Shown here piece by piece: positions 30,920 to 41,793 of a stretch of DNA of 64,000 nucleotides. Positions within the stretch are counted from its first letter, which is position 1; each line of letters begins with the position of its first letter. The notes under the pieces were generated by a model, which saw only the letters and a list, made by a program, of their open reading frames with translations, had not been told where the DNA came from and ran no database searches. The DNA lies in NCBI GenBank assembly GCA_965216565.1, contig OZ244170.1, forward strand, positions 4,544,001-4,608,000, in the 5' to 3' direction. This DNA is from Bythopirellula sp. Lineage in GTDB: Bacteria > Planctomycetota > Planctomycetia > Pirellulales > Lacipirellulaceae. Position numbers and translations under genes: made by a program.

Positions 30920-31978
30920 TTACGCCCGCCTTGCTTTACTGGTGCTATTGCTGGCAGCCCGACGGCGAAGGTAGTGAACCAGTGAATCTCCCAGATCGCC
31001 GTCGGTGGTGAGCGTTACCAGGTCGGCCCCAATGTCAACCATCGCTTCTTTCAACTTCTCCATAAATGTGGAGAATTCCTTCAGGTATTGTTTGCGAACT
31101 GTGTTGGGGTTGATTTGCAAGCGTCGCGGCAGCTCCAGATCTTGAAAGAACGATTCCCTTCGAAATGGAAATGTGAGTTCCTCGGGCGCTAATACTTGAA
31201 ATACCAACACATCGTGCCCACGGAGCCGGAACTGCAATAATGAATCTTTGATTTTCTCAACGTCGCCAAAGCAATCGGAGAAAAGTATGACCAGACCTCG
31301 ACGCTTCAGCCGCCCAGCAACTTCTTGCAGCACTTCGTCCAGGGCGGCTTCGCCGGTGGTTTGGGCTCGCCCCAGCACGTCGAGCACTCGTGCCAAATGG
31401 CTGGAGCGGGGCAAAGGGCGGAGATAGTCGACGAGGTGTTCGCCCACCACGGCGAGGCCCACCGAATCGCGCTGTCTTAACAGCAGATGCCCCAAAGCGG
31501 CGCTCGCCATTCGCGCATATTCCCATTTGCTGACGGTCGACATGCCGAATTGCATCGAACCGCTGGAGTCGACAATCATCAATGCCTGGAGGTTTGTTTC
31601 GTCATCGTACCGCTTGACGTAGTAGCGATCGCTCTTGGCAAATTGCCGCCAATCGAGTTGCCGAATGTCGTCCCCTTTGGCGTAGGGGCGAAATTCGGAG
31701 AAATCGGTGCAGCCACCCTTGTGCGTCGAGCGATGCTTGCCGGATAGAATGCCGTCGACGACCGTTCGCGCGATTAAGTCGAGGCGACCAAGTTTAGAGA
31801 GCGTATCTGGATCAAAGAATGGAGTTACTGGTGTCGCTAGATCAGTTGTGCTATTCGATGACGGCGATTCGTTACTGACAACCGCAGCCGAATGCCCATT
31901 AGCATTGGCTTGCCGGTCTCGCAGTGAAGCGACAAATCGATTGACACGGTTCTCGGGCACAATATTCTCTTCCAGCAA
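30920..31978 (-). CDS. DUF58 domain protein
   Basis: GKHRS..G..DFSEFRPY..GDDIRQLDW..VKRYDDET..DSSGSM. Confidence 0.92.
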   Translation of the reverse strand: MLEENIVPENRVNRFVASLRDRQANANGHSAAVVSNESPSSNSTTDLATPVTPFFDPDTLSKLGRLDLIARTVVDGILSGKHRSTHKGGCTDFSEFRPYAKGDDIRQLDWRQFAKSDRYYVKRYDDETNLQALMIVDSSGSMQFGMSTVSKWEYARMASAALGHLLLRQRDSVGLAVVGEHLVDYLRPLPRSSHLARVLDVLGRAQTTGEAALDEVLQEVAGRLKRRGLVILFSDCFGDVEKIKDSLLQFRLRGHDVLVFQVLAPEELTFPFRRESFFQDLELPRRLQINPNTVRKQYLKEFSTFMEKLKEAMVDIGADLVTLTTDGDLGDSLVHYLRRRAASNSTSKARRA

Positions 31979-32005
31979 TCTCAGTAGGTGGCGAAAACGG
32001 CTTGA

Positions 32006-33043
32006 CTAGCGGGCAACTGACTGGACGCGATCGATCAGGGTGCGGACGATGTCGTCTGTTTCTAGCCCCGCAGCTTCCGCATTGAATGTAGGGATGATGC
32101 GATGACGTAGCACGGGTAACGCCACTTCGTAGACGTCTTCGGTCGTAACGTGGCATCGCTTGTGCAGCAGTGCACGTGCTTTGCCTGCAAGAAGGAGCGC
32201 GATACTGGCTCGGGGGCCAGCGCCATACTGCACCTTGTCGGCTAGATCACCCGGGAGTTGGTTTTCTTCCGGCCGAGTCATTCGTGCCAAGTCGATCGCA
32301 GCATCGTAGACGTGATCGGCCACGACTACCTGCGGTACGAGTGATTGCATTTGCATGAGGGTTGAAACTTCGATCACCTTGGATACCTGATGTTCGTAGG
32401 CAGTCGTTTGGCGACGGCAAATTTCTCGCTCGTCCTCGCGGTCGGGGTATTCGACCTTGATTTTCATCAAAAACCGGTCCAACTGCGCTTCGGGCAGCGG
32501 ATAGGTGCCTTCTACTTCGATTGGGTTTTGAGTTGCGAGCACAAAGAATGGTTCAGGCAACTTGTAGGTCTTACCGCCCACCGAAAGCTGGCGTTCTTCC
32601 ATGGCTTCAAGCAGTGAACTTTGCGTTTTGGGGGGTGTCCGATTAATTTCGTCCGCCAAAATCAGATTGGCAAACAAGGGGCCATGAATAAATCGGAAGA
32701 CGCGTTTGCCGGTGGTGTGGTCTTCTTCCAGCACGTCGCTTCCTGTAATATCTCCAGGCATCAGATCGGGCGTGAACTGGATGCGATTGAATGTTAGGTC
32801 CATCAGCGAACCTAGCTGCGAAATCAACAGCGTTTTCGCCAGGCCGGGCATACCCTGTAGCATGCAATGCCCACGGCAAAGAATGCCAATCATTAGTTGC
32901 TCGGTCACGTCTTCCATGCCGACAATCGTGCCTGCCAGCTCTTCGCGAAGCTTTTGATAATTGGCGTAAAGTCCATCGACTGCCTCAGTGACTTCCTGAG
33001 TGCTGGACGAGGGCGTAAGCACCTGTTGGTGATTATCTGACAT
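32006..33043 (-). CDS. moxR: MoxR-family AAA+ ATPase
   Basis: GMPGLAKT, RIQFTPDLMPGDITG, LADEINRTPPKTQSSLLEAMEE, ATQNPIEVEGTYPLPEAQLDRF. Confidence 0.95.
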   Translation of the reverse strand: MSDNHQQVLTPSSSTQEVTEAVDGLYANYQKLREELAGTIVGMEDVTEQLMIGILCRGHCMLQGMPGLAKTLLISQLGSLMDLTFNRIQFTPDLMPGDITGSDVLEEDHTTGKRVFRFIHGPLFANLILADEINRTPPKTQSSLLEAMEERQLSVGGKTYKLPEPFFVLATQNPIEVEGTYPLPEAQLDRFLMKIKVEYPDREDEREICRRQTTAYEHQVSKVIEVSTLMQMQSLVPQVVVADHVYDAAIDLARMTRPEENQLPGDLADKVQYGAGPRASIALLLAGKARALLHKRCHVTTEDVYEVALPVLRHRIIPTFNAEAAGLETDDIVRTLIDRVQSVAR

Positions 33044-33168
33044 GCGAATCTCTCTAGTCTGTTACGATGTTGAAAGTTTGGACGGGCTGCTCAAAGTTGA
33101 TTCAGTACGGTGCGTAATTTGTTTAATAATCGCAAGTTCACTCTCTATTCGCCGTTCTTATTTTATTC

Positions 33169-34974
33169 TTATTCGTTGGCTGCCGACGATTCTTGGATCT
33201 CTGTTCCACTTATTATGCCGTTTCCATCTAGGTCGTAGGCGGCAAACTGCTGCGGAGATCCAGGGAATTCTCGCCGCGAAAGCTCGCCGTCTCGGTTGCG
33301 GTCCATATTCTTAAACCAGTCTGGTACCTCGGCTACCTCCTGAGCGGGTAATTGTGCCGCAGCAGCGCGTTTCTCAAATAGCTCGTGTGCAAAGGGGCCG
33401 TTGCTAACGGTGAGCCGAACAGCGGTGGGAAGCTCGCTCTGGCCAATGCTGCCATCGTGGTTGATATCGAGTCGTTCCAGCAAAGCATCAAGTTTTCGTG
33501 CTTCCGGAAGGGTGACACGGTCGTCGCCATTCGTATCGAGCAATCGCAAGAGTGGGTAGCCGTCAATCGCAGCACCGATCGCTATTTGCGGGCTGGAGAT
33601 CTCTTCGGAGTTGGGGGCTTCGTAGGCGGCGGAGAGCTCAAAGTACATGCCGCCCATGTTTACCGTCACGATTTCATTATTTGCTTCGAAGGTCGGGGCG
33701 GGTCCGTTTCCAGAGGAACTGTAGGAAAGCACGCCGACCTTGCCTTCTTTTTCTAACGAAACAATGTATCGCAACTCTGGCGCCTGACTGAGTAGCTTGG
33801 AGAGTTGGTCAGGGTTTGTGGACAGAGGGTTCTCGCCATACGCGTCCTCCAGATCGTCCGACAAGACATTCCAATCGGTCTCTTCATCGAGCACTACGAC
33901 GAGTGGATGAGCATGTGTTCGGACGTAAGGGGATCTCATGGAAGAAGAGCGATAAAACTCGACGACATCAACAATGTCGTCTTCGTTGATGTCCGCTTGG
34001 GCAAGACGTTGCCGGGCATTGGCGATTTCAGCAGGGCTCAGGCGATGGTCGTAGTCTTCGTCTAACCACGACCACAGCGGAGCAATCTCGGCACGTTCCC
34101 AAGCGGCTCCTGGGCCCAGGACCAACAACCCTGGACCGCCTGCCCAATCGGCAATAAGCCAACGAATCTCCTCGGCGTCGACATCATCCCCCATGGCAGC
34201 GACGTAGTTCTTCAGCCGCTTGATGACAGACGGCGCGGTTCGCCGCTGAATGTCGACACCCGTGATGGCTTCGGCTGCTTCCATCATTTCCTCTGCCGAT
34301 TCTGCAACTTGTTCGATTGCGTCGCTCGCCTTGGCAATGGCCTCTCTCACGTTGTCCCCGGCGGGACTCTTCAGAGGTTTGTCAATTGCAGTTGCGTTTG
34401 AGCTTTGTTCCTCAGACGATACTGCAGTGCTGGCGGTTCCCTCAGGGGGTTCTTTTTTTTCGGACAGCTTAGATTCGGCCTTTTCCGTCTGAGCTGCGGG
34501 CTCCGAAGATTCCCCTGGGGCGGAATAGTTTCCTTTTGCCTGAGAAAGCAATAGCTCTACCCAGCGCTGGCGGACTTCGCGGAATGATTTGCTATCTACC
34601 AACACAGCCAACTCAACGACAACGGGGCGCTCAGGCGTGAGCATTAAGCACCGGACCCAAGGGTCCTTGAGGCTCGAATGTGTATGGATTTGCCATTCTC
34701 CGTTGCGACTCCGCGCATAGTTCTCCAATGGATCGTCTGGCAGTTCCGTGCTCATTCGAAATACAACTTGCTCAGGCATTGCCGCGGGGGCCGGCTTGGG
34801 CGGTTTTGTTTGCACGCGACACTCAGCCAGTACCGACTGCGCAGCGATCTCGTCGATTGACATCCGCTTCCCGGGGATCGCTTCGGAAGTGATCGTTTCG
34901 GCGGGCGAAATCGCGCAGCAATAGCCAAGCATTATCGCGATTAAGACAGGGAGTATTGAGATCGATCGTCTCAT
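33169..34974 (-). CDS. Secreted EF-hand protein
   Basis: Signal peptide; multiple DxNxDG EF-hand loops (DTNGDDRV, DINHDGSI, DRNRDGELSRREF, DLDGNGII). Confidence 0.8.
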   Translation of the reverse strand: MRRSISILPVLIAIMLGYCCAISPAETITSEAIPGKRMSIDEIAAQSVLAECRVQTKPPKPAPAAMPEQVVFRMSTELPDDPLENYARSRNGEWQIHTHSSLKDPWVRCLMLTPERPVVVELAVLVDSKSFREVRQRWVELLLSQAKGNYSAPGESSEPAAQTEKAESKLSEKKEPPEGTASTAVSSEEQSSNATAIDKPLKSPAGDNVREAIAKASDAIEQVAESAEEMMEAAEAITGVDIQRRTAPSVIKRLKNYVAAMGDDVDAEEIRWLIADWAGGPGLLVLGPGAAWERAEIAPLWSWLDEDYDHRLSPAEIANARQRLAQADINEDDIVDVVEFYRSSSMRSPYVRTHAHPLVVVLDEETDWNVLSDDLEDAYGENPLSTNPDQLSKLLSQAPELRYIVSLEKEGKVGVLSYSSSGNGPAPTFEANNEIVTVNMGGMYFELSAAYEAPNSEEISSPQIAIGAAIDGYPLLRLLDTNGDDRVTLPEARKLDALLERLDINHDGSIGQSELPTAVRLTVSNGPFAHELFEKRAAAAQLPAQEVAEVPDWFKNMDRNRDGELSRREFPGSPQQFAAYDLDGNGIISGTEIQESSAANE

Positions 34975-34990
34975 CTTGTTAGTTAATCAC

Positions 34991-36331
34991 CTATGCCAGA
35001 AGCTTCTTAATGGGCGAGTCGTCCACAACATAAATGGGGCGTCCGGCATCGGACATGTTTTGGGTTTCGGGTGGTACCCCGAGCGCAGAGCACAATGTGG
35101 CCAGCACCTGAGTGACCGAAGATTGGTCCTCTTCCACCACCATGCCATCCTCACTGGTGCGGCCGTAAGATTGACCGCCGGCGATACCCCCACCGCCCAG
35201 CACACACGACCAGGCTTGAGGGAAATGATCGCGACCTGCAGCACCATTGATTTGAGGTGTGCGTCCAAACTCTCCCATCCAAACGATCGTCGTTGAATCC
35301 AAGAGACCACGATCGCGGAGGTCGGTCATCAACGTCGCCCAGCCTGCATCGAGTTCCCCCGACAATGCCTGAACGGATTGAAAGTTATTAGCATGAGTGT
35401 CCCAACCTAGCCCGGCTCCATTAGCCGAGTTGAGCGCCACCTCGACGAAGGGTACGCCTCGCTCCACGAGTCTCCGGGCCAGCAAACAACCTTGCCCAAA
35501 GGTGCCCTTGCCGTAGGCTTCGCGTAGCTCGTTGGGTTCTTGAGACAGATCAAAGGCTGCCGCCGCATCGCTGTTAGTCATTTGGACCGTGTTGTCGTAG
35601 ACCATCTCGTGGGCGCGCGTTGCTGCATGAGGATGATGTTCTAGAAATCCACTTTCCAGCGTCTTCCACAACTCCAGGCGTTTACCCATCCGTTTAGTAG
35701 AAATTCCTGGAGGCGGCGTCATGGCATCCACATGTAGCTTGGCATAGCTCGCCTCGTCGTTCTCTCCTGCCAGCGCTCCGCCAGCGCCCGCCACTACCAA
35801 CGGGGCGTACTTGGGGCCGAGGAAGCCCGAACCAAAACCGGCGTTGGCGAATCCTCGGAACGGAGCGACGCTCACGTAAGGTGGCAAAGTGACATCACCC
35901 GAGGCCAGATGCTTGGCAAGTGCAGACGCAACGGAAGGATAACGCGTACTACCCATGGGGCGGTAGCCGGTGCGCATTAAGTGCGAACCGCGTTCGTGAT
36001 CGCCTTCTTTCGTCTTGAGGCCGCGAATTATTGCCAACTGATCGGCGAGCTTGCCCAACTTGGGGAGATGCTCGCTGAATCGGATTCCCGGCACGTTCGT
36101 CGCAACTTCCTTAAACTCGCCACCATTCTCGTGATTTGGCTTCATGTCGAACGTATCGGTCTGGCTAGGCCCGCCACCCATCCAAAGCAAAATACAATGT
36201 CGGGTCCGACGTGGGTCGGTTGCCACACGCTCCGCGAGGGACGGTAGCCAACCGCTCATGCTCATTCCACAAAGGCCGATACCTGCGGATTGCAGCCAGC
36301 GACGTCGATCGAGTGCGTTGAGTGAAGCCAT
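34991..36331 (-). CDS. DUF1501 domain protein (Tat substrate)
   Basis: DRRRWLQ Tat motif, ILLWMGGGPSQTDTFDMKP, CLLARRLVERGV, WDTH, GEFGRTP, GRDH. Start probably ATG 36331. Confidence 0.92.
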   Translation of the reverse strand: MASLNALDRRRWLQSAGIGLCGMSMSGWLPSLAERVATDPRRTRHCILLWMGGGPSQTDTFDMKPNHENGGEFKEVATNVPGIRFSEHLPKLGKLADQLAIIRGLKTKEGDHERGSHLMRTGYRPMGSTRYPSVASALAKHLASGDVTLPPYVSVAPFRGFANAGFGSGFLGPKYAPLVVAGAGGALAGENDEASYAKLHVDAMTPPPGISTKRMGKRLELWKTLESGFLEHHPHAATRAHEMVYDNTVQMTNSDAAAAFDLSQEPNELREAYGKGTFGQGCLLARRLVERGVPFVEVALNSANGAGLGWDTHANNFQSVQALSGELDAGWATLMTDLRDRGLLDSTTIVWMGEFGRTPQINGAAGRDHFPQAWSCVLGGGGIAGGQSYGRTSEDGMVVEEDQSSVTQVLATLCSALGVPPETQNMSDAGRPIYVVDDSPIKKLLA

Positions 36332-36378
36332 CGGGTTATCTCCAATAGGGAAAGCCGTCGGACACGGCTTGCGCGTAC

Positions 36379-39162
36379 TTAATGAATGAATGTGAATTCG
36401 GCACTGTTGAGCAGCGCCCACAATATATCGCCCAGTGCCTCGTTACGTTCTGAGTCGTTTACAGCGGACAGGTAGGCCAGCATATCAGTTCTTTCCTGGT
36501 CATTCGGCTGGCGCGACAATGTGGCGAGGAACAAGGTCTCTAGCCGCTGCTCGTCGCTGAAAAACGGAGCCTGCAACGACCCGAGCAAGCCGCTTGTGGA
36601 GAGGTCGGTCGCACCATGAATCATCTGGCCATTCATGAGCGTGAGAGCCTGAGGAATGCCCGCCTCGTAATTGGTGCGTTCCCCGGGTGGAGCCCGGAAC
36701 TGCTCGATAAATTCTTCGCGTGTCGTATTAGAAATACGCGACAAAGTTCCACCGCCTTCGTCCTGCGAAATCATTGCCCGGTGTTGCGTGGCCACGGCTA
36801 TGCAATCGTAAAGTTGGGCAGCGGTGAAGGTTTTCATGTTCATGCGAGCAAAATTCAAGGACTGAGCTGGGTCGTCAACGTCGGCTCGGCTCGAAAGCTG
36901 ATAAGCATCCGTGAGAACGAGTGCTCGGAATAGTCGACGCAGATCGAATCCGCTGGCAGCAAAATCGCGGCTGAGCAATTCCAGCAATTCGGGACTAATC
37001 GGTGGATTATCGGGCCGCATGTCATCGACTGGATTCACTAGGCCGCGTCCGAACAGATGCTCCCACACACGGTTAACTGTGGCTCGTGCGAACCGTTGAT
37101 TGCCCGACGCGGTGAGCCAATCGACCAATTGCTGGCGTCGCGACGAGTCCTCTGCGGGTTCGGCCAAGTCTGTCTTTCCGCCCGGCAACCGAGGTTTAAT
37201 CACTTCGTCGGTATCGGGCAGTGTGACTTCACCGGAGTGAATGTCATGCACTCGCAGCACGGGCGAAGCCATCTCCAACTTGCCCAGGGGGCGGGAGATT
37301 TGTGCAAAGAAAGCCGCTAGTCCCCAGAATTCTTCCTGAGTAATGTCGTCGAAGAAATGATCGTGGCACTGGGCGCATTCCATGCGTGTACCTAGGAACA
37401 CTCGCGCCGTTTTGCCGGCGATTTCTTCGGGATTGAGCTTCAATGCGGCATAGAACAGTATCGGCCCCGACTCGCTCACACGACCCTCAGCCATCAGCAG
37501 TTCGCCCACTAACTGATCGTAGGGGATATTGTCGGCGAAGCGCTCAGCAAGCCATTGGTCGAATGTCGCGGTCCCACCTAACGCATTGACGTCCATGCCT
37601 TCCGGCAGCAACATATTCCGCCAGACGGCAGCCAAATGCGTGGCATGATCACGCCGATTGAGTAATTCGTCGACCAACTCTTCGCGCCGCGCGGGCGATT
37701 TGTTCTCCGAGAACTCGTAGACTTCGCTCACCATCGGAATGCGCCCGGTGAGATCGAGATAAACGCGACGCAGAAATTCATCGTCCGATGCCTGATCAGT
37801 GGGATGTACAGATTGGCTCGCCCAAAACTTGGCCATCACGTCATTGACTCGACTTACCAAGTCTTCAATCGGCAAGGCGGGCTGAAGATCGAAAGAATCT
37901 ATCGCAGGATCTGCCGGCAAAGAGGCGACAAGCGTTTTGCGCTCGCTTTCGATCCCCTGTTGCTCCATAAGTTGTTCTGCTTTGTCAGCAGATTGCTCGG
38001 CTTCTTCGGTTGTGTTCTTTTTCGGAACTGGGGCTTTGGCGATATGGTCGATGATCTTTGTGTTCTCGGTAACACCCGGAGGAGCGAGGCGTTTGAGTGA
38101 TGCAATCGATTCGCTCGCGTCACTATTCTTGGGTCCGCGATCTAATGAGGCCAGCGAAGAGACCACCGCCGTGCCCGCGGGAATGCCCATCGAAAAGATC
38201 GATTCCGGACCTTCTTCAGGATACGAGAAATCGTAATGCACAGGCTTGGCTTCATCCGACGCTAGCACACGGCATTGCAGAGGGAGTTTCGTCTTGGGGT
38301 CGATCAGAAATTCCAAATCAAGTTGCCGATCGAAGTTAGCCAGCTCCAGCGTAACCTGCAACTCGACCAATTCGCCGTGTTCATTGTCGGCAGGGATTGT
38401 TCGCCACGATTCAGAGATCACCTTGGCAGACATTAGGGACTCGAGACCGGCCGGTTCTGGGAGTTCAAACTGTTCTGCCAAAATTCCAATTAATAGCGAT
38501 TGCCAATCCCAGGGGGCAGTCCCGTCTGTGTCCTGGCGTATGACCACTGAATTGTCGGGCTCGAAATTAGAGAATTGCTGACGTTCCAAGTCGTGAAACG
38601 ACGTGCGATCTGAGGACTGAACAGCCCAAACGCCCCGGCGAGAAGAGACCCATCCGTTAGAGGACTTCTCGCCACCAGTAATCACGGCCTGTACCCACTC
38701 GCAATCCTCCAAGGCTTCGAGCATGGCCGCCCAACCATAGGCGGGTCGATTGTTCAAGAACGTTACAGCCAACAAGAGTGCTGCCGCAGCGGATAAAGTC
38801 ATGGCCCACTTGATGAACTTCGAACTGCGTGCAGGACTAGTGGGCTGATCTCCGTCCACGCTGTCGCCTGAAACCGTGCTGCCAAAGTTCAGATCGGATG
38901 CCAGCTGGACAGAACCGTTGGTATCGCTGGGAGGACTCAGGGCACCGTTCAATGGTAAAGCAGTCTCATGACCAGTGCTGGCCTTGGCAAACTCTTCATC
39001 GAGGCGCTGCTCGAGAGATTTAACAAATCCTGGACGAGGCGGAGGGACGGAGAGCGCCGACTCCAAAAACTGCTCTACCTGAGCGTCCTCGCGAGCAAGT
39101 TCGTCGCGACCGAAATTTTCGCGCTCTGGCAGCTCTTCGAAATTGTCGTGTTCGGTAACCAT
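36379..39162 (-). CDS. DUF1549/DUF1553 protein with an anti-sigma-like N-terminal extension
   Basis: FLRRVYLDLTGRIP, CAQCHDH, VNRVWEHLFGRGLV.PVDD, WALLNSAEF. N-terminal cytoplasmic segment plus one TM. Lies directly downstream of an ECF sigma. Confidence 0.85.
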   Translation of the reverse strand: MVTEHDNFEELPERENFGRDELAREDAQVEQFLESALSVPPPRPGFVKSLEQRLDEEFAKASTGHETALPLNGALSPPSDTNGSVQLASDLNFGSTVSGDSVDGDQPTSPARSSKFIKWAMTLSAAAALLLAVTFLNNRPAYGWAAMLEALEDCEWVQAVITGGEKSSNGWVSSRRGVWAVQSSDRTSFHDLERQQFSNFEPDNSVVIRQDTDGTAPWDWQSLLIGILAEQFELPEPAGLESLMSAKVISESWRTIPADNEHGELVELQVTLELANFDRQLDLEFLIDPKTKLPLQCRVLASDEAKPVHYDFSYPEEGPESIFSMGIPAGTAVVSSLASLDRGPKNSDASESIASLKRLAPPGVTENTKIIDHIAKAPVPKKNTTEEAEQSADKAEQLMEQQGIESERKTLVASLPADPAIDSFDLQPALPIEDLVSRVNDVMAKFWASQSVHPTDQASDDEFLRRVYLDLTGRIPMVSEVYEFSENKSPARREELVDELLNRRDHATHLAAVWRNMLLPEGMDVNALGGTATFDQWLAERFADNIPYDQLVGELLMAEGRVSESGPILFYAALKLNPEEIAGKTARVFLGTRMECAQCHDHFFDDITQEEFWGLAAFFAQISRPLGKLEMASPVLRVHDIHSGEVTLPDTDEVIKPRLPGGKTDLAEPAEDSSRRQQLVDWLTASGNQRFARATVNRVWEHLFGRGLVNPVDDMRPDNPPISPELLELLSRDFAASGFDLRRLFRALVLTDAYQLSSRADVDDPAQSLNFARMNMKTFTAAQLYDCIAVATQHRAMISQDEGGGTLSRISNTTREEFIEQFRAPPGERTNYEAGIPQALTLMNGQMIHGATDLSTSGLLGSLQAPFFSDEQRLETLFLATLSRQPNDQERTDMLAYLSAVNDSERNEALGDILWALLNSAEFTFIH

Positions 39163-39196
39163 CAGGACACCATCAATTCATTTGATAAATGTAGAA

Positions 39197-39784
39197 TCAT
39201 TCGATACTCGTCTCTTGTCGAGGTTTGCTCAGCGAATCGTCGACGAAGGGAAACTTTTTGCGGAATTCTCGCCGCGCGCGAAACAATGTTGCCTCAACGG
39301 CCTTCTCTGTCTCGCCCAATCGTTTGGCAATCTCTCGTACCCGTAGCCCTTCGCCGTACTTCCATTCCAAGGCCAATCGTTGACGCTCGGACATTTCATC
39401 TAAGACTTGATGCACTTGCCCGCGAGTTTCTTCGGTTTCCAAATCGTGAGAGGGACACTGGTCGTCTTCTTTGCTCTGGTTGTTGGCAGCGACTTCCTCT
39501 AGCCGTTCGCGGAGTCGGTAGCTTTGCCGGTGATGGTCTGCAATCTTGTGTCGTACGACAGATCGTAACCACGCAGAAATTCTTGAGGCATCGCCTTCCA
39601 ATGAGCCGATGCCTTTGAGGAGAGCGAGCATAGTTTCTGAGACGATGTCTTCGACTAGCTGGACGCCTTCGATCTTGGTGCTCGCATAGCGCCAGACAAG
39701 CGGGAAGTAACGCCGGTAGAGCGTCTGCCACGCTTCCGAGTCACCGCATTTTGCGCGTTGCACTAGGTCGCAATCGGAATCCAA
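39197..39784 (-). CDS. ECF RNA polymerase sigma factor
   Basis: AWQTLYRRY..EDIVSET..AWLRSVVRHKIAD (region 2); EGLRVREIA..GETEKAVEATLFRAR (region 4). Confidence 0.92.
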   Translation of the reverse strand: MDSDCDLVQRAKCGDSEAWQTLYRRYFPLVWRYASTKIEGVQLVEDIVSETMLALLKGIGSLEGDASRISAWLRSVVRHKIADHHRQSYRLRERLEEVAANNQSKEDDQCPSHDLETEETRGQVHQVLDEMSERQRLALEWKYGEGLRVREIAKRLGETEKAVEATLFRARREFRKKFPFVDDSLSKPRQETSIE

Positions 39785-40027
39785 AATTGACGTCTCCTGG
39801 CAGCAAGATAGAGCTTTGGGTATGCTGCGCCTCAGGTGATCTATATCCGTTATCTCAGGTTAGTCGTTCTAGGTGCAGGAATCACGCCAAAAAACGAGTT
39901 GAGATTCCTAGATTGCCGAAATCACACAGCTTTTTCTTTATAAAGGGTCTCTTTGGGCAAGTAGGCAAAGCTTCCCTGACACTTTGCCGAGACTATCCAG
40001 AGAACCAGGGTCGAAATAGCGCTGATC

Positions 40028-41161
40028 ATGTGCGACTCCCTTTCTGAACGAGCTGCTTACTTGCACGTGCCGTTTTGCAAACACCATTGCGGCTACTGCA
40101 ATTTTTCCGTCATCGCTGGGCGGGACGATCTGTTGGGCTCGTTTATGACAGCGCTCGCGACCGAGTTGTCTTGGCTAGGTCAGCCTCGCGAGGTAGACAC
40201 GCTTTACTTTGGCGGCGGAACCCCCACGCATCTACCCGTGGAAGAACTTCAGGAGCTATGCGAACTAGCAACACATTGGCACCCCTTGGCAGACGGTTAT
40301 GAATGGACAGTCGAAGCGAATCCGGGTGACCTCGATAGCGAACGCGTCGATGTCTTGGCCCAGCAAGGCGTCAACCGAATTAGCCTCGGCGCGCAGTCCT
40401 TTCAAGATGCAAAGCTTCGTTTACTGGAGAGGGACCATGTGGCGGACGACATTGCTCATACCGTTGAGTTAGTCACCCAAGCGGGAATGCAGGTGTCGAT
40501 CGATCTCATCTTTGCCGTGCCTGGAGAAACCAGCGCCGACTGGCACGAAGACCTTCGGCAAGCCCTGGCGCTATCTCCCGATCATGTCTCCACCTATGGC
40601 CTAACGTTCGAAAAAGGAACGCCATTTTATAGTCGGCTCCTCAAGTCAGAGTTAACTTCTGTCCCAGAAGAGCTGGAGCGTGAGATGTATCTTAGCGCGA
40701 TCGATCAACTGACTGCCTCAGGATTCGAGCACTACGAGGTATCGAACTTTGCGAAGCCTGGCTGCCGAAGCCGGCATAACCAAGTCTATTGGTCCGGTGC
40801 AGGATACTATGCGGCCGGTCCAGGGGCGGCCCGGTATGTGGACGGGCGACGGGAAACCAATCACCGCAGCACCACGACCTATCTAAAACGTGTTTTGGCC
40901 GGTGAGTCTCCCGTAGCCGAGAGTGAGCGGTTGGAACCTGCTCAAAAGGCGCGCGAGTTCTTGATCTTTTCGTTACGCCGACTAGAGGGAATCGATCGCA
41001 AGACGTTCCTGGCAAAAACCGGTTACGAGCTCAATGCCTTGGTTGCCGAGACGCTCAGTCGCTTCGTCGCAGAAGGATTGTTGGCCGATGATGGCGACAC
41101 CGTGCGTCTAACGCGCCAGGGGCTTTTGGTAAGCGACTGTCTGTGGCCAGAATTGGTTTGA
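40028..41161 (+). CDS. hemW: Radical SAM heme chaperone HemW (HemN-like)
   Basis: YLHVPFCKHHCGYCNF, YFGGGTP, EANP, HYEVSNFA, RHNQVYW. Confidence 0.93.
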   Translation: MCDSLSERAAYLHVPFCKHHCGYCNFSVIAGRDDLLGSFMTALATELSWLGQPREVDTLYFGGGTPTHLPVEELQELCELATHWHPLADGYEWTVEANPGDLDSERVDVLAQQGVNRISLGAQSFQDAKLRLLERDHVADDIAHTVELVTQAGMQVSIDLIFAVPGETSADWHEDLRQALALSPDHVSTYGLTFEKGTPFYSRLLKSELTSVPEELEREMYLSAIDQLTASGFEHYEVSNFAKPGCRSRHNQVYWSGAGYYAAGPGAARYVDGRRETNHRSTTTYLKRVLAGESPVAESERLEPAQKAREFLIFSLRRLEGIDRKTFLAKTGYELNALVAETLSRFVAEGLLADDGDTVRLTRQGLLVSDCLWPELV

Positions 41162-41223
41162 GACGAGAGCCGAGAGTTAAGAGCTTCAGGCATGCGATCG
41201 CCTTAGTCCCTCGACTTCTAATC

Positions 41224-41793
41224 TTACATCGGTGCGCGAGGCAATTTGCGCTCGTAGGGCGGATCATCGATCGGTGGCAAGTAGCCGCCCGTTTCTTCCT
41301 GCCAGGCGGTCCGCTCTTCGTTGCTGGCGTAGTACCGCAGCCACATATCGGGATCGCCTTCTACATTGGCACAATCCCAGTGGAGATAGTTATTGCGACG
41401 TTGGATCATCTTCTCGTGCGTAGGCAGAATATCGCGATAGATTAAACCATAAAGTTGTCGATCGGAGAGATGATCGGTGAAATCCAGAACGATGTGCTTC
41501 TCGTACAATTGCCCAATGGTTTGATGGAGCAGATCGTGGAGTTGCGAGTCATCTAGCGAATCTGGTGCTGGCAGTTCCAGTGAAGGAGAGAACCATTCGC
41601 GGATTGGCACGATCGGGGCGCGTTCCCATTCCAGCATCGATTGCAGGAAATCGTTCTCGCAGGATGTCGACATTACTTCGGCATTTACCCGGCCAATAGA
41701 TTCATCGAACAAAGGCTCCAAGGCGTTGCGTAGCTCAGCATTGAGGAGCAAGCTTTCCACTTCGTCCGATCTAGGAGTGTCTGGTGATTTCAT
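41224..41793 (-). CDS. Hypothetical protein
   Basis: 189-aa ORF with protein-like composition (FTDHLSDRQLY, WLRYYA); no function recognised. Confidence 0.7.
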   Translation of the reverse strand: MKSPDTPRSDEVESLLLNAELRNALEPLFDESIGRVNAEVMSTSCENDFLQSMLEWERAPIVPIREWFSPSLELPAPDSLDDSQLHDLLHQTIGQLYEKHIVLDFTDHLSDRQLYGLIYRDILPTHEKMIQRRNNYLHWDCANVEGDPDMWLRYYASNEERTAWQEETGGYLPPIDDPPYERKLPRAPM

